In this document: one piece after another, positions 62,900 through 64,000 of the stretch
How the letters are laid out: every line of letters begins with the position of its first letter
How positions within the stretch are numbered: position 1 is the stretch's first letter
From: Vitrella brassicaformis CCMP3155
Taxonomy: Eukaryota > Protista > Chromerida
Assembly (NCBI GenBank): GCA_001179505.1
Contig: CDMY01000677.1
Location: 236,753 to 300,752, forward strand
Reading direction: 5' to 3'
DNA length: 64,000 nucleotides
Notes under the pieces: generated by a model
What the model saw: the letters and a program-made list of their open reading frames with translations, nothing else
Databases searched by the model: none
What the model was told of the DNA's origin: nothing
Translations under genes and position numbers: made by a program

Positions 62900-63800
62900 G
62901 GCGCGCACAGGGATGCACACACGCGGCTGGCCCGCCTGCACAGAAACACACTCATGCAGATGTGCAGCTGAGCTGTCTGTTTCTGAATGTGTTTGCACTG
63001 ACCACTTGGGTGTTGATGGCTTCCATGATGTCGCTGCGCAGCGAATAGCGGTCACCTGCACACGAGCCACAGAGGCGCACACATGAATGGGTGCGTACGT
63101 CATTGTGTGTCTGTGTGTCCATACGGCCGTCAGCCTTGGCGAACCACACCTCCACACGCACCGAACCTACCTTCTTCACCTGCACACACACACAGACACA
63201 CACATACCCACACACACCACGGCCAGCATGTCACACACAACACACGCCTCCACCCATCTCTGCACGTCCCTCACCATGCGCACCCTCGTGATGATCGAGT
63301 ATGGCTCCACCGACGCCCCGATGCAGCCCAGCACGGCATGCGTCCACACGCGGTAGGCCTCACCCATCGCCATCCCCTCGGGCACGCCGGCGTTGGCCAG
63401 GTCCATCTTCAGCACCACACGCCCGCCCCCCACGTTGTCCTTATCCTCCTCCATCGGCAGCACCTCGTCCTTGAACACCGCAATCGCACCATAGCAACTG
63501 ACACGCACACACACACGACGAAGATGTTCCCCTTCCAATTTGTTGAAGTTGTTGTGTGTATAGCAGAGTCCCACAGATCACGAGCGTTGATAAAAGAGCG
63601 GCAGAGAGGTCCGACATAAACAAGCAGGCAGGCAAACACGAAGGCGAACACGAAAAGGCACGTGGCCTTGGCGAACTGGGCTATCGGCGACCCACGGTGA
63701 CATGCAGGCTGGCTGGGCTTATCGGCGACCCACTTACATGAAGGCAGAGGCAGGAAGACAGGCAGCAAAGTCAGTCAACGCTCAAGTGTGCCAAAACAGT
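62900..63800 (-). CDS. Divergent eIF4E-family protein (5' end unresolved)
   Basis: SFINARDLWD (F.TVEDFW-like), AVFKDEVLPMEEDKDNVGGGRV (LFKDGIEPMWED..N..GG.W-like), VWTHAVLGCIG (W...LL.LIG) and VRVEVWF (I.IW). Confidence 0.6.
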
Positions 63801-64000
63801 AGGTAGAGCGGTATGACTCGTAAAACACATGCCAAAATCCCAATACCCCTCCTCACGTCTTGCAGGCTACTGCGAGACGTGGACCACACAGAAGCTAATT
63901 ACTTGTACGCAGTATGTAAATGTATGCAGGTAAACCGACGCCAAAAGCAGTTCCATGCATTGCATTCTTTCCTGCAACGCACTCCCCTCTTCAAACACAT

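Noticed and set aside
1-64000. Most long ORFs in the six-frame track, including those rich in CVCVCV, HTHTHT or LSVCLS
   Set aside because: They are antisense shadows of GC-rich exons or read-through of (TG)n/(CA)n/(TCTG)n intron microsatellites, and many start at GTG/TTG. They lack domain motifs and conflict with spliced models.
1-64000. CRISPR arrays, tRNA, rRNA or bacterial operon/contaminant sequence
   Set aside because: No regularly spaced repeat-spacer array or recognisable structural RNA was seen. The bacterial-like glnA and SDR are interrupted by typical host introns.

Overview
Eukaryotic, intron-dense genomic DNA. The GC-rich exons, roughly 60-110 nt introns full of (TG)n/(CA)n/(GACA)n microsatellites and the protein families point to a chromerid alveolate, most likely Vitrella brassicaformis (inference, not a database match). 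The ORF track is fragmented by introns, so gene models were spliced by eye. Recognisable genes: a 5'-partial RING E3 ligase, a SWIM-BRCT-HMG protein, two members of a lineage-specific family, two JmjC copies, three copies of a DRE-TIM/HMGL-like barrel fused to a TLDc domain, an unknown repeated-domain gene family (gene X), a UBA-UBA-PUB protein, a DEAD-box helicase, a STE20 kinase with a villin headpiece, an MFS transporter, Dre2/anamorsin, a type I glutamine synthetase followed by a GAF + bZIP-like regulator, an SDR, a broken kinase, a candidate plastid-targeted protein and a divergent eIF4E-like gene. Structurally, the window has a large inverted duplication (about 9.6-15.9 kb vs 18.5-26.3 kb) around the PUB gene, and a direct duplication of about 5 kb (7.4-12.3 kb vs 57.7-62.5 kb) in which each copy has lost the opposite gene. 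The best candidates for undescribed biology are the GAF-bZIP regulator beside glutamine synthetase and the DRE-TIM-TLDc fusion family.
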